This document shows, in pieces, positions 1 through 11,600 of a stretch of DNA of 64,000 nt. Position 1 is the stretch's first letter. Each line of letters opens with the position of its first letter. This DNA is from a virus, in IMG/VR virus record IMGVR_UViG_3300028361_000023, positions 1 to 64,000 of that record; one strand, 5' to 3'. The position numbers and the translations under genes are program-made. The notes under the pieces were generated by a model. The model did not search any database. It was not told the DNA's origin and saw only the letters and a list, made by a program, of their open reading frames with translations.

Positions 1-1
1 A

Positions 2-175
2 AAAGAAATGGTTCTTAGTCTTTCTGTAGGTACAGAAGAAACAAAACAAGAATATGTAAAAGAACTTAACGAGGATTTAAAGTTAATAAGTACTGCACCT
101 ACAGAAGAATTAAAAAACTACTACATTCAACAATATAATCTTAAAGTAGAAGGATTACAAAAATTAAATAAATAA
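2..175 (+). CDS. 3' end of an upstream gene (partial), probably virion cargo protein
   Basis: Open frame 2 from the window edge (KEMVLSLSVG...GLQKLNK*); its TAA at 173-175 overlaps the ATG of the next gene (TAATG). Confidence 0.75.
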   Translation, partial: KEMVLSLSVGTEETKQEYVKELNEDLKLISTAPTEELKNYYIQQYNLKVEGLQKLNK

Positions 176-3100
176 TGCCAATATTAGAAGACATAGCAAA
201 ACAAGCTGCCGAAAGTCCTCAAAATGTTGAGAACAATAAAAACACTACTGATAATTCTGTTTATACACCTAATTACGGTTTAGTTTCTCAAATTGACTTA
301 AAAGGTAAATTTCCAGAATTAATTGGAAAATCAATTACAGACGAAAGTAGTAATCCTAATGAAGTTCTATTCGACCCTACTGGTGGTTATGCTACTGAAA
401 ATTTAAAAGCAAGACAACAAAATATTCTTGAATTGTTAGGTAATACTGCTGTTCAAATTAGTGCAGAAGTTGTTAGTGGTATACCTAGTGCTATTGGTGC
501 TTTATTAGAACTTCCTTCTCTTTTACAAGGTGAGTCTGATTTTGATAATTGGTTTTTAGAAGCTGGAGAAGATATAAAAGAATGGTCAAGAGAAAGTAAT
601 CCTATATATAGAAAAAACAGAACAGCAACTTTTAATATGACTGATACAGCTTGGTGGGCAGAAGGTAGTGTTAGTGCTATAGGTAGTACTTTAAGTCTTA
701 TGATTCCTGGTGGTCTTGGTGCTAAAGGTCTTAGTATTTTAGGGGCTAAAGCTTTTACTTCTACTTTAGGTAAAGTAGCTAGATTTTCAAATGCAGCTGA
801 AAAATACGGTAAAATAACTGATGAGGTTGCACGTGCTGTTTATATGGGTAGTATTATGCGTAATACTGAAAACTTTATGGAAGGTTATCAAGTTAAGAAA
901 ACTTTTCAACTTGAAAAAGCAAATGATTTTTTTAATATTGATGCTAAAGATAAAGACGGTAATAGCAGTTACGTAACTGATAATGAGATAGAAGAAATAA
1001 AACAAAAAAACAACTTAGATAAAGACGCAACTAGACAACAAGTATTAGAATTTTTAGGTAATAAATCTGCTGCTCATAGTTATAAAGTTAATAGTGTTAA
1101 TTTCTTATTTGATATAGTTCAAAGTTACGGTATATTAAAAGGTGTTAAAAATGTAGGTAGATTATCTACTAAAGCTGCTAGTGTTGAAGCTCAACAACTT
1201 ACAGGTAAAGCATTTACCAAAGCAGGTAGATGGGGATATAGAGGTAAAACTTTAGGATACAACATACTTACACAAGGACTTGGAGAAGGAGTAGAAGAAC
1301 TTATCAACCATATTGGAACAGAAGAAGGTCTTCATTATGGTAATAAACTTTTAAAAGGAGGAGAAGATAAAGGATTTATAGGAACATATACAGATCCTAA
1401 TAATGGTTTTAGTGGTAGAGTTTCTGAATATTTACAAGATCCTCATGCTTGGGAAGCTGCTTTTTGGGGTGTAATAGGTGGCAGTATTATGCCTGGTTTA
1501 ATGAGTGAATCTGGTAAACTATATAATAAAGCTAGAGGTAATCCTAATGTAGATGTTAGACTTACAGAAATAACTGCAAGAGAAACTGAAATGATGAAAA
1601 ATAACGGAATGCTTGCTAAGTTAAATCAAGGTATTAATCCTTATACTGGAGAAACTCTAAAAGATAGTGAGGAGGAAATAGAAGATCAAAAAAACGAAAT
1701 AGCTGAACAATTAAATTATCAACTCGCAATTCAACTTGCTAATAACGCTAGAAGAGCTGAAAACACTAAAGGACTTACTAGTTTTTTAAATAGCGAACAT
1801 GTTCAAAAAACAATGGAAAAAAACGGTGTAACTGCTGAACAATTTTCTAATGTTAAAAAAGAAACAGAAAATATGTTAGGTAGTATTGATAATATATCTA
1901 ATTATTTTAAATCTAGTAACGAACATATTAGTAGTATATTAACTACTAAAGCTATAAATTCTCAAACTCAATCTAAATTTTATAACAATATAGCTGAAAA
2001 ATCTAGACAAAGATTTGAAAATAAAAAAAATAAAGATGATTATTACAATAATTTAACAGAAGAAGAAAAATTCGAATATGATTATATTTCTGAATATCAA
2101 AGCAATAATAATACTATAATAGATTTACAAAATCATTTAAAAAAAGAAGAAGAACGTAAAGGCAGTAAAAGTATAGCAAATAAAACATTTAATAATAATG
2201 TTAAAAAAAGTATAGAAGAATTACAAGCTAAAAATAAAGAACTAGAAGAAACATATAAAGAAAGTCTTGATCCTAATCTTGTAAAAAATGTTTCAAAATC
2301 TAAAGCAATTAGAGATTTACATAGAGCTAAAGTGTATGAAGAACTTACCAAAGCTGAAAAAGTTAGAACAAAGTCTATATATGATAATGTATCTCAAATT
2401 ACAAAAGAAGTACAAAACGAAATAAAAGAAATCGTATTAGAAACACAAGATGAAGCTAATGAAAATGCTCAAATAGCTTTAAATGATATTGATGAAAATA
2501 CTGAAAATTATTCTGATAAAATTAAAGAAATAAAGAAAAAGTTTAAAGAAACTAATCCTAAAGATACTTCTATTGATTTTGCTGGTAAAATTAAAGAACT
2601 TGACCAAATAAATAAAAAAGCAAAACTTGTAGCGATAGAAAAAGAAGACGTAGAAACAGAACAAAAAAATTCTTTAGAAAGCGTTAAAGAATCTATAACA
2701 GAAGAGACAGGTATAGAGTTACCTAAAGATTTATTTATGGATAATTTCCAAGATACAAATAAAACTATAGAAACTACTGAAAAAATCATTAAAATACTTC
2801 AAACAAAAGAACAAACTCCAGAAATAGTAGAAAAGTTAAAAATAGTTTCAAATGCGTTAGAGGTTTATAAGACTAAACAGTTAAATAAAATAAATTATAA
2901 TGTAGAAAACAATGATAGTGCTGAAAGTTCTAATCAAGTTAATATATATCTATCTTCTGTAGCTGAAGCAAATAATAAAAGAAAAGACGGTAATATAGTT
3001 ATAAGTGATCTTAATACGGCTGTAACTTTAGGACAACTAACTAATAATTTAATTAACGGAGAAAAGCTTATCATAAGTTACGCTACTAAAGAATCTGATT

Positions 3101-5685
3101 TTCCTAATAGAAAGTCTTATGAAGAACATAAAAAAGATATAGGAGATAAAAACAATGCTCCTATTGTTTTACGAAGTAGAAGTGGACAACTTATAGGACA
3201 TATAAATTCTCTTAGATATTTAATACAAGAAGGTAATTTAACTAATAAAATATTACAATTAAATCCTATTGAAATAGTAGAATTAGCTACATTACTTGAC
3301 ACTTATTTAAAAGAAAGCACTGATATAAATAAAAGTAATCTTATTAATTCTAAATCATTTGCAAAAGCTACTGGCATAACTAAAGAACAAAGTGAAGTAG
3401 CAGAAGAAAGAACAAATAAAGCAATTAATCATATTACTAATCTTGTTTTATTTACTAAAAGCAAAACAAACGAAAATACTTTTGAAGCTAAAGAAATTAT
3501 TGACAGTTTAAAAATTTGGCAAAATAAAATAAAAAGAGATTACAGAAATAATAAAAAAATTAGAAACAACATTAAAGAAGGTAATCAAACGATAGAAATA
3601 GGACATATAAGCTCTGGGTCTATTGTTAGTCTTAAAGATAACAATGGAAAAAATATTTATAAACCTTTAAAAGAAACTATTGTTCAAGATAATATTAAAA
3701 TTACTTTTACTAGACCTAACGACAAGACTACTTTAGTTACATTAGACAAAGACGTTAAACTTATAACAAAAGAAGAAGAATACAAAGAAGACTTTTATAC
3801 TTTATTAGAAAGTAAAGGTAATTACATTCCTGTGCCTATTTTTAGAACATATCTTAATCAATCTAAAAACAAAGAAATGTATGAATATGTTAAAACTAAT
3901 TTATACAACATAATTAGTATTCTTGATAAAGGAGAACCTATGAACTCTCAAACATATTTAGATGCTATTGCAAAACTAAGAAACGTAGTTTATGTAGAAC
4001 AAAGAGAAAACGGTAAAGGTTTTAATAAAGGTAAAAAAAATCAAGAAACTGGAATAACTTCTAAAGCTAGATTTGAATTTCAAACAGAAAAAAACGGTAA
4101 AATATATTTTAATATAGATAAAAACGGTAAGTTAAGAGTTAAAGTAGAAGGTAAAAATTCCTCTATGGAAGCTGCTGATATTGACGAAGCTATAGGTCAA
4201 ATGAAAAGACATGCTGATTTTAGATTGCTAGAAAAAAATGATCCTTTTGTAGATGTTAGAACAGGTAAAGCTTATAAATCTTATAAAGATTTTCTTGTAG
4301 ATACAGATGTTTTTCAATCTAATATAGGTAAAGTTATATTTAAAAATGGAGAAAATACTGCCGAAATATCTAATTTTACTGCTTCTAATAAAAATAATGG
4401 ATATGGATTACCTTTAATATTAAATCTAAATGCTGATACTTTAGAAAGTGAAACAAGTGAAACAAGTGAAACAAATACTAACAAAGCTGATACAACGGAA
4501 AGTATCTCTTCTATAGGCAGAATTAACAGTGTCAAGGAATTAACAGACTTGTTAAAAGAAAAATATTCTGTAGTTGCTAATTTAATAAATAATAACTATG
4601 TTTCTATTAATCCCGAAATAATAGACAGTAGTACGTTACCTGAAAGTATACAAACTGCTTTTGGTATTCATAAAGATGGTGTAATTTCTTTTACTGATAA
4701 TATAAATAATAAAAGACTTGAAAATGGTTTTTTAGATTTTAACGATATTACTGCAACAGTTGTTCATGAAGTTATTCATAGTGTTATAGCTAATCTTACA
4801 CCTAACGGAAAAACAGAATTATACCAAAATTTAAACACATTTTATACAGAGTTAAACCAGCATATAAGTAATAATAAAGTTGTAGTTCCTGCTAGAGTAC
4901 AAAACTTATTATCTTTTATAGATAAAGAAATAAAAAAGGACTCAAATAACATAGAAGAATTAGTTACTTACGCTTTTACTAAAGATTATCTTGCTAAATT
5001 TTTAAATGATTTAACTATTGATAGAACTTCTAAAACTAAATCAAATACTTTTTTTGGTAAATTAAAAGAAATAATATTAGGATTATTAGAAAATACAGGA
5101 TTTACACAATTAGATAAGTTAAACAAAGTAATAGATGATACACTTTTCGGAAAAACAAAATTAGAAGAAGTTAAAGAAACTAATAGTAAAGAAAAAATTG
5201 ATACCGAACAAAAAAAACAAAACAAACAAAAAGTTGATGAAAATAACACAACTAAAACAATAAAAAAAGAAACAATTGATGATGATATAGAAGATATTGA
5301 TATTGATGTTGTTTTTAATGATAATTTTCAAGATCAAGATTTTCCTTCTAATCAAAGACCACAAAGATACGTTCAAACTATTAAACAACAAATTAGAAAC
5401 GAATTAATAAGCAAAAATCTCATTGATAAGTACCACGTTTTTAGTATATTTGACGATAACGGAAATTCTAATTTAGATAAGATAAATAAAATTGTAAATA
5501 CATATAGAACTGCTGCTTTTAAAGCGGGTAAAACTTTACCTGTTGATATATATGAATTTGACGATAATTATATTAATGATTGGGGTACTAAAGGTAAGAT
5601 TAATTTTAACCCAGAATTAGCAAATGTAAGATTTGATTCTTTTGTAGAAAATAAAGGTAGAGAACTTAAAAAATATTGTAAATAA
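175..5685 (+). CDS. Giant virion cargo/ejection protein with C-terminal zincin-like metallopeptidase domain
   Basis: 1836 aa; Gly/Ala-rich hydrophobic segments near the N-terminus, coiled-coil middle, VVHEVIH (HExxH) at 4765-4779 followed by EELVTYAF; directly upstream of the vRNAP as in crAss-like phages. Confidence 0.8.
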   Translation: MPILEDIAKQAAESPQNVENNKNTTDNSVYTPNYGLVSQIDLKGKFPELIGKSITDESSNPNEVLFDPTGGYATENLKARQQNILELLGNTAVQISAEVVSGIPSAIGALLELPSLLQGESDFDNWFLEAGEDIKEWSRESNPIYRKNRTATFNMTDTAWWAEGSVSAIGSTLSLMIPGGLGAKGLSILGAKAFTSTLGKVARFSNAAEKYGKITDEVARAVYMGSIMRNTENFMEGYQVKKTFQLEKANDFFNIDAKDKDGNSSYVTDNEIEEIKQKNNLDKDATRQQVLEFLGNKSAAHSYKVNSVNFLFDIVQSYGILKGVKNVGRLSTKAASVEAQQLTGKAFTKAGRWGYRGKTLGYNILTQGLGEGVEELINHIGTEEGLHYGNKLLKGGEDKGFIGTYTDPNNGFSGRVSEYLQDPHAWEAAFWGVIGGSIMPGLMSESGKLYNKARGNPNVDVRLTEITARETEMMKNNGMLAKLNQGINPYTGETLKDSEEEIEDQKNEIAEQLNYQLAIQLANNARRAENTKGLTSFLNSEHVQKTMEKNGVTAEQFSNVKKETENMLGSIDNISNYFKSSNEHISSILTTKAINSQTQSKFYNNIAEKSRQRFENKKNKDDYYNNLTEEEKFEYDYISEYQSNNNTIIDLQNHLKKEEERKGSKSIANKTFNNNVKKSIEELQAKNKELEETYKESLDPNLVKNVSKSKAIRDLHRAKVYEELTKAEKVRTKSIYDNVSQITKEVQNEIKEIVLETQDEANENAQIALNDIDENTENYSDKIKEIKKKFKETNPKDTSIDFAGKIKELDQINKKAKLVAIEKEDVETEQKNSLESVKESITEETGIELPKDLFMDNFQDTNKTIETTEKIIKILQTKEQTPEIVEKLKIVSNALEVYKTKQLNKINYNVENNDSAESSNQVNIYLSSVAEANNKRKDGNIVISDLNTAVTLGQLTNNLINGEKLIISYATKESDFPNRKSYEEHKKDIGDKNNAPIVLRSRSGQLIGHINSLRYLIQEGNLTNKILQLNPIEIVELATLLDTYLKESTDINKSNLINSKSFAKATGITKEQSEVAEERTNKAINHITNLVLFTKSKTNENTFEAKEIIDSLKIWQNKIKRDYRNNKKIRNNIKEGNQTIEIGHISSGSIVSLKDNNGKNIYKPLKETIVQDNIKITFTRPNDKTTLVTLDKDVKLITKEEEYKEDFYTLLESKGNYIPVPIFRTYLNQSKNKEMYEYVKTNLYNIISILDKGEPMNSQTYLDAIAKLRNVVYVEQRENGKGFNKGKKNQETGITSKARFEFQTEKNGKIYFNIDKNGKLRVKVEGKNSSMEAADIDEAIGQMKRHADFRLLEKNDPFVDVRTGKAYKSYKDFLVDTDVFQSNIGKVIFKNGENTAEISNFTASNKNNGYGLPLILNLNADTLESETSETSETNTNKADTTESISSIGRINSVKELTDLLKEKYSVVANLINNNYVSINPEIIDSSTLPESIQTAFGIHKDGVISFTDNINNKRLENGFLDFNDITATVVHEVIHSVIANLTPNGKTELYQNLNTFYTELNQHISNNKVVVPARVQNLLSFIDKEIKKDSNNIEELVTYAFTKDYLAKFLNDLTIDRTSKTKSNTFFGKLKEIILGLLENTGFTQLDKLNKVIDDTLFGKTKLEEVKETNSKEKIDTEQKKQNKQKVDENNTTKTIKKETIDDDIEDIDIDVVFNDNFQDQDFPSNQRPQRYVQTIKQQIRNELISKNLIDKYHVFSIFDDNGNSNLDKINKIVNTYRTAAFKAGKTLPVDIYEFDDNYINDWGTKGKINFNPELANVRFDSFVENKGRELKKYCK
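4446..4474 (+). repeat. 9-bp tandem repeat (AAGTGAAAC x3, SET-SET-SET) in a linker
   Basis: Read directly from the sequence. Confidence 0.9.
4503..4520 (-). repeat. Dispersed 18-bp motif copy 1 (CTGCCTATAGAAGAGATA)
   Basis: Matches CTGCCTRTA-R6-AYA; inside ORF 175-5685. Confidence 0.9.
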
Positions 5686-8600
5686 TGAGTAAATGTCCAA
5701 ATAAAAATCATCCTGCATTTATTGATGCAGCTAATGTATTAGGTGAAAATGTAACTTATTCTTTGTATGAAGCTTCTAATGACACATTAGTAGATGAACA
5801 TCCTTTGTATGAAGAGTTTGTAAATGCTTATGGGATAGAAAATGGTATTAAGAAAATTGCTGATAGAGTACTTAATCAAGGCAAAGTAAATTATACTTTA
5901 AAATCTATAAATTTATTATCTTCTGATAAAGCTATACAAGTATTTGAAAAAGGGGAAAAAAATAATTGGAGTTTAGATAAAATTCTTACAGAACTTCAAA
6001 TACCTAAAGAGCAAAAGCAAATTATTCTTGATAAATATAAAAATAATAATATATTAAATCAATTAATTTTTCAAGATGGAACTTTAAATTCAAATAAGTT
6101 ATTAGAAAAATTTGTAGATGATTCTTTTGCAGGTAAATTAATAGATTTGTTAAATAAAAAAGGATTATTTAAAAATATTTCTGAAATTAAATTAAAAGAA
6201 AATAATAGTAGTGCATTAGGTTATTATACACCAGAAGGTTATTTAGAAGTTGATGCCCCTGTATCTCATCAACAAAGAACAGTTTTACACGAAGCTTTAC
6301 ATTCTGTAACAAATATTAAAATTGAAGAATACTTTAAATTATTTCCTAATAAAAATATAGGAAACAATATTTATACAGAAGTACCTAGTTATGGAAATAT
6401 CAACTTAACTAAACAAGATATAAATAATTTAGATTCTTTAGTATCTATATTTCAAAAAGTTTTAGATTCTAATTTAAAATTTAATGAAGATCCAAATATA
6501 GCTATAAGTAATAACAATTACGGTTTAGACAACTTACATGAATTTTTATCAGAAGCGTTAAGTAATCCGTATTTTGTAGAACAATTAAAAACACTACCTT
6601 CTATTAATAATAAAAGGTCTAATTTATTTAAAGATTTTATAGAAAATATTTTATCTTTTTTAAATATAAATAAAAATATATCTATTTATGATGATATTGT
6701 GAATAATTTTGAAGATTTATTTTTAACTAAAAAAACAACCAAAAATAATTCTAAAACTAACCTAAGAGAAGATATTATTACATCTTTATTAGCTGAGAAT
6801 GCTGTAGTTACAGATGTTACTAACATTCAATATTCTGAAAATAAAACTTCTTATATTAATTCTAAATTAGAAAATACTGGCAGTAACCTAAGAGAAAAAG
6901 ATGTAGAAACACCAAAACAAAAATCTTTAACACCAGAGCAAAATAAATCTATAGAAAATTTAAAATCTATAGAACCTGCTTATGCTGATTATAGTAATGA
7001 ACAGATACAATCTTTTATAGAAAGTAAGATACCTGATAGTCAAGCTAAGCAAGTTTTGTTTCATGGAGGTACTTTAATAAAAGACGAAAAATTTAAAGAT
7101 AATTATACAGGGTCAAAAGGAATATACTTTACAGGAAGTAAAAAAAGAGCAGAAAGTTATATTAAAGCAAAAGGTAGTACGGAATATAGTAACAATAGTA
7201 AAATATATGCTACTTTACTAGATATTAAATCTCCTTTAAATAAAAAAGTATGGAGTAAATGGAAATTTAATGCAGACACTATTAACGACAAAGAATTTAA
7301 ACAAATACAAGATAATAATGCAGATAGTATTATAGATAAAGATTTTTTTAGTAAAATAGGTTTAACTAATTACAATACGCAATATATAGTATTTGAACCT
7401 TCTCAAATAACAATATTAAACTCTCCAGAAACAATACAAGAGTTTAAGGAGTTTATTAATGCTAAAAGTGAAAAAAATCAAAATAAAAAAATATTACTTG
7501 ATAATTTTGATGAAAATAATAAAACTAATCAAGACAAAGTAAATTACACTTTAAAATCTATAAATTTATTATCTTCTGATAAAGCTATAGAAATATTTGA
7601 AAAAGGAGAAAAAAACAATTGGAGTTTAGATAAAATTCTTACAGAACTTCAAATACCTAAAGAGCAAAAGCAAATTATATTAGATAAATATAAAGATAAA
7701 ATAGCAGGTAAAAAATTATCTATAGTAGCAGAAAGAAGAAAATTAGCAACTGATAAAGATTTAGAAAATTCCCAACTTATTAAAGATATAAGAGTAGATA
7801 AATCTCAACCTAAAGAATTAAAACCTAATGGATATGATAATAATTTAGCAGCAATTATGCTCTATGGTATGAAAATGTCTGAATTAGAAGATAAAGGATT
7901 ACCTGAAGAAATGCAAGAAGCTAATGTGTTAGCTTATAGAATATTAAATAATTTCATGTTTAATATTAATGAAATAACGGAATTTATGGACGTTATGACA
8001 CCTCAATATGCAAATGTTTTAACTACTAATGAAAATCCAGTTAAAGAATTTTTTGAAAATGATGTGTTTGAAGAAAGTGATAAAATTAATCTTAACCTAA
8101 GAGAAGATATTATTACATCTTTATTAGCTGATAATAGTTTTGTGGTTGAAGTTAATGTTGCTAAAGAAAATGATAAATTAGGAAAACAACCTCATCCTAT
8201 GGAGGGTGAACGATCTTTTACAGTAAATGGAGATATATACACTTTAAATAGTGATGTAGAACCAGATGGCGAAGGAGGTATAAGTAATTTTACTACTGCT
8301 TATAAAAATGATAAAGAAATAACAATTGAAGAATATTTAAAAGGTAAAAAATTAGCAAGTGATAAAGGAATTAACACATCTTATTACTCTAATCTAACAG
8401 TTCCAGGTGGTACTAATTATACAGAAAACGAAATATCTACACCTGATATTATACCTAATATTAAAGGTCATGCACAGTTTAGTACTAATAATGGTATAGG
8501 ATGGTTTAGAAGTGATGATAAATCTAGTATAATTACAAAAGAAATAGAAACTACTGAAAAATATGACCCTGAATATGATGAACAAGGTTTTTACTCTAAA

Positions 8601-11600
8601 ACCCAAAAAGAAGAAATCACTAGCTTTTTTGTTGAATATAAAGAAGCTAAAGAAAAAGGTGTTTATATTAAAAGTGAGAACGGTTATAAATTAGGAGATT
8701 TTTTATATAAAGAATTTGACTTAGCTTTTGAAGGTATAAAATATGTAAAATATTTATACAAAGGAGAGTTAAAAGATACTAAAATCCGTAGAATACTAGA
8801 AGTACAATCTGATTTATTTCAGAAAGGCAGAGATAAAAAAGATTTAATAAGTAACATAGAAGATGAAACTTTTAGAAAATTAGCTGATAATCAATTTTTA
8901 CAATTATTAAACAAAAAAGGTAATTGGGTTAATTTCTTTATACAATCTATAGTACAAGATAGTGTTAAAAAGGGTTATAAAAAAGTATTATTTCCTACAG
9001 GAGAAACTGCTGCTAAAGTAGAAGGTCATGAAACTATTGCTGAAGAATTACTTAAGCTAGAAAATGAAATTATAAATAAAAAGCAAAGGTTAAAAGAAAT
9101 AGGAAATAAAACCACAGAATACATAATAGCAGACCCTTTTGAAGGAGAGGAAGTTTATAATAACAAAGAAGAAGCTGAAAAAGTAGCTAAACGTAAGGGT
9201 TTAAAAGTTCATATAGGTAGTGTAATTGATAATAACTTAGAAGAGGAATTAGAAATACTAGAAAAAAATAAAAACAATCTTAAAACTCAAGGTATAGAAA
9301 AACTTAAACCTGTTGAAGCTTTTTATACTAATAGAGTTACTAACATTCTTAATAAATTATATGATGTAACTCAAATTACTGATGAACATAGTAATACTTG
9401 GAATGAAGTAGATATTACTAAAAAAGAAAATCAAAGTAATGATATTTTTCTTGATAATTTTGATGATTCTCCTATTAAACCTGAAATCAAATTACATAAT
9501 ATGGAAGGTTATCTTGCTAATAATATATCTTTTAATTCTGATAGTATTAATTTAAACGCAATTGAAAGTTTAGAGGTTAAAAACGTAACAGCTTTTATTG
9601 TAGCTCAAGTTAATACTTATTTAGAAAAAAATAAACTAAAAATTTCAGATGAAAAACTCAAAGAACAAGTAATAAAAATTATAAAGAGCAAACTTAATGT
9701 AGATAATTTTACAGCCGAACAAAGAAACTTCGTAGAAAACAAATGGATAGCTGGACTTGAAAGAGATAATTCTTATTTATGGGGACAAATTAAAAATATA
9801 AGTAATAGTAAATACGGTAAAGTTCTTACCGAATTTAACGAAGAATTTGCTTTAGACGTTAATACTAAAGATTTTGATGATAGTAAAAGATTTAAAGAAA
9901 GTACTTTAAAAGGAGAACAAGATTTAAAAAACAAAATAAATCAAATAATTAAAACACCAAAAGAACAAAGTTACTCTGGTTTTGATGTTTATTTTGATTT
10001 TCGTCAAATTGCTGGAAAATTACATAGACATTTACAAAATACTAATAATAAAAATTTTATAAATAACTTTAGTGATCTTATTTTAATAGATAAAAGTTAT
10101 GAAAAAATATTAAATAAAGTTAATGAAGATGAAAATTTTAAAATAAAGTTAGCTAATTTTACAAATGTAGAATATATACAACCTAATCTTGATATAATTA
10201 CTGTAAATTCAAAAGGAATTACAAGTTACAAAACAGAAGATGAAACAAAAGGACAACAACCTGGAATTAAACTTGCTAATAGTTGGATAAATGAATATAA
10301 AAAAATAGTAACTATCCGTGATTTACAAAAAGAAAATTTTTTAGACGAAATAACTGACATAGAAAAAGAATTTAAACAACATTTAATAGCAGAAGATTAT
10401 AATAATGCTGCTAAAACTTTAGTAGAACTTTTTGCAAATATTAATATAAATATAACTAAAAATGATTTATCTAAATTTATAAAAATAAATCCTGAATTAA
10501 TAATATCTGAATATTTATCACAACAATTTGATACTTATAAAGCATTTAAAGACTACGCTATTTCTTATGAAGGTGGCGATACAAAAACTACTTATCCAAA
10601 TATAAATAAATTATTTAGTCCTTTAAATAATTTTGCTGTTGATATGAGTATTGTAAGTTCTGAAGAAAAAGAATTAAGATACGCAGATGTTAATCAAAAT
10701 ATGTCTAGTGCTGTTGTTTCTAACTACCATTTAAGAAGATTTTTTAATACACTTAAAGGAGATAATGGTAAAGCTTTTCTTGTTGAATCGTTACTTGAAA
10801 AAGGTATACAACATTCTAATTGGTTAATTAGTGGTAAAATAATTATACCTCAATCAGACAAAACAGAAATCATATTTGATAGTAATGGTATACCTGTAAT
10901 TTTTGATATAAATAAAGAAGTTGTAAATATTATGATAGACCAACCACTTGCAGGTTCTGTTAATAAATTTACTAGACAAGGTAAAACGTATGAAGATTTC
11001 GTAGAAAAAGATTCTATGATATTGCAATTTGTAAAATACGTAACGAATAAAGAAAAACTAACTACTAAAACTACTGGTATGAGTATTATAAATATGAATA
11101 CTCCGTCAGAAGGTAAAGGTTTTGATTTAACTGTTCCTATAACAACTGTTATACCAAATATGGTAAACGAATTAGAACGAATTGAAAAAATAAACCAACC
11201 TAAAGTAGTTAAAAAAATAGACCAAAGAGGTCTGCCTATAGAAAGAATATTTTCTATAGATGAACAAAAAGAAGCTGCCTTAAAGTACTTATTTATAGAG
11301 ACTGAAACAATAGATAATAAAGTTGTAGAAAAAAGAAATAGTCCTATACTACAAGCTTTTATGAATATAGCTTTACAAGAAATAGAAAGAATACAAGAAG
11401 CTAATGAAGATTTTGGAGATATACTTGATGGAAAAACTACAGATAGAACTCTTGATATTCCTAAAATGCAAATGTTTTATGATTATAAAACAAAAACCAC
11501 AGTTAAAAAAGACGGAACTAAAATAACTACTTTAATAAAAGGTAATAAATTTAAATTTAATACTTTATCTTATCTAAATGATTTTTTAATTAAAGAAGAC

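Noticed and set aside
5873-7694. Repeat A pair as a diversity-generating retroelement TR/VR
   Set aside because: No reverse transcriptase in the window, both copies are in-frame coding, and mismatches are mostly synonymous or conservative rather than adenine-specific
9690-9715. LNVDNFT as a sixth DNF site
   Set aside because: Has the DNF core but lacks the F/L at -2 and the [QD][DE] tail
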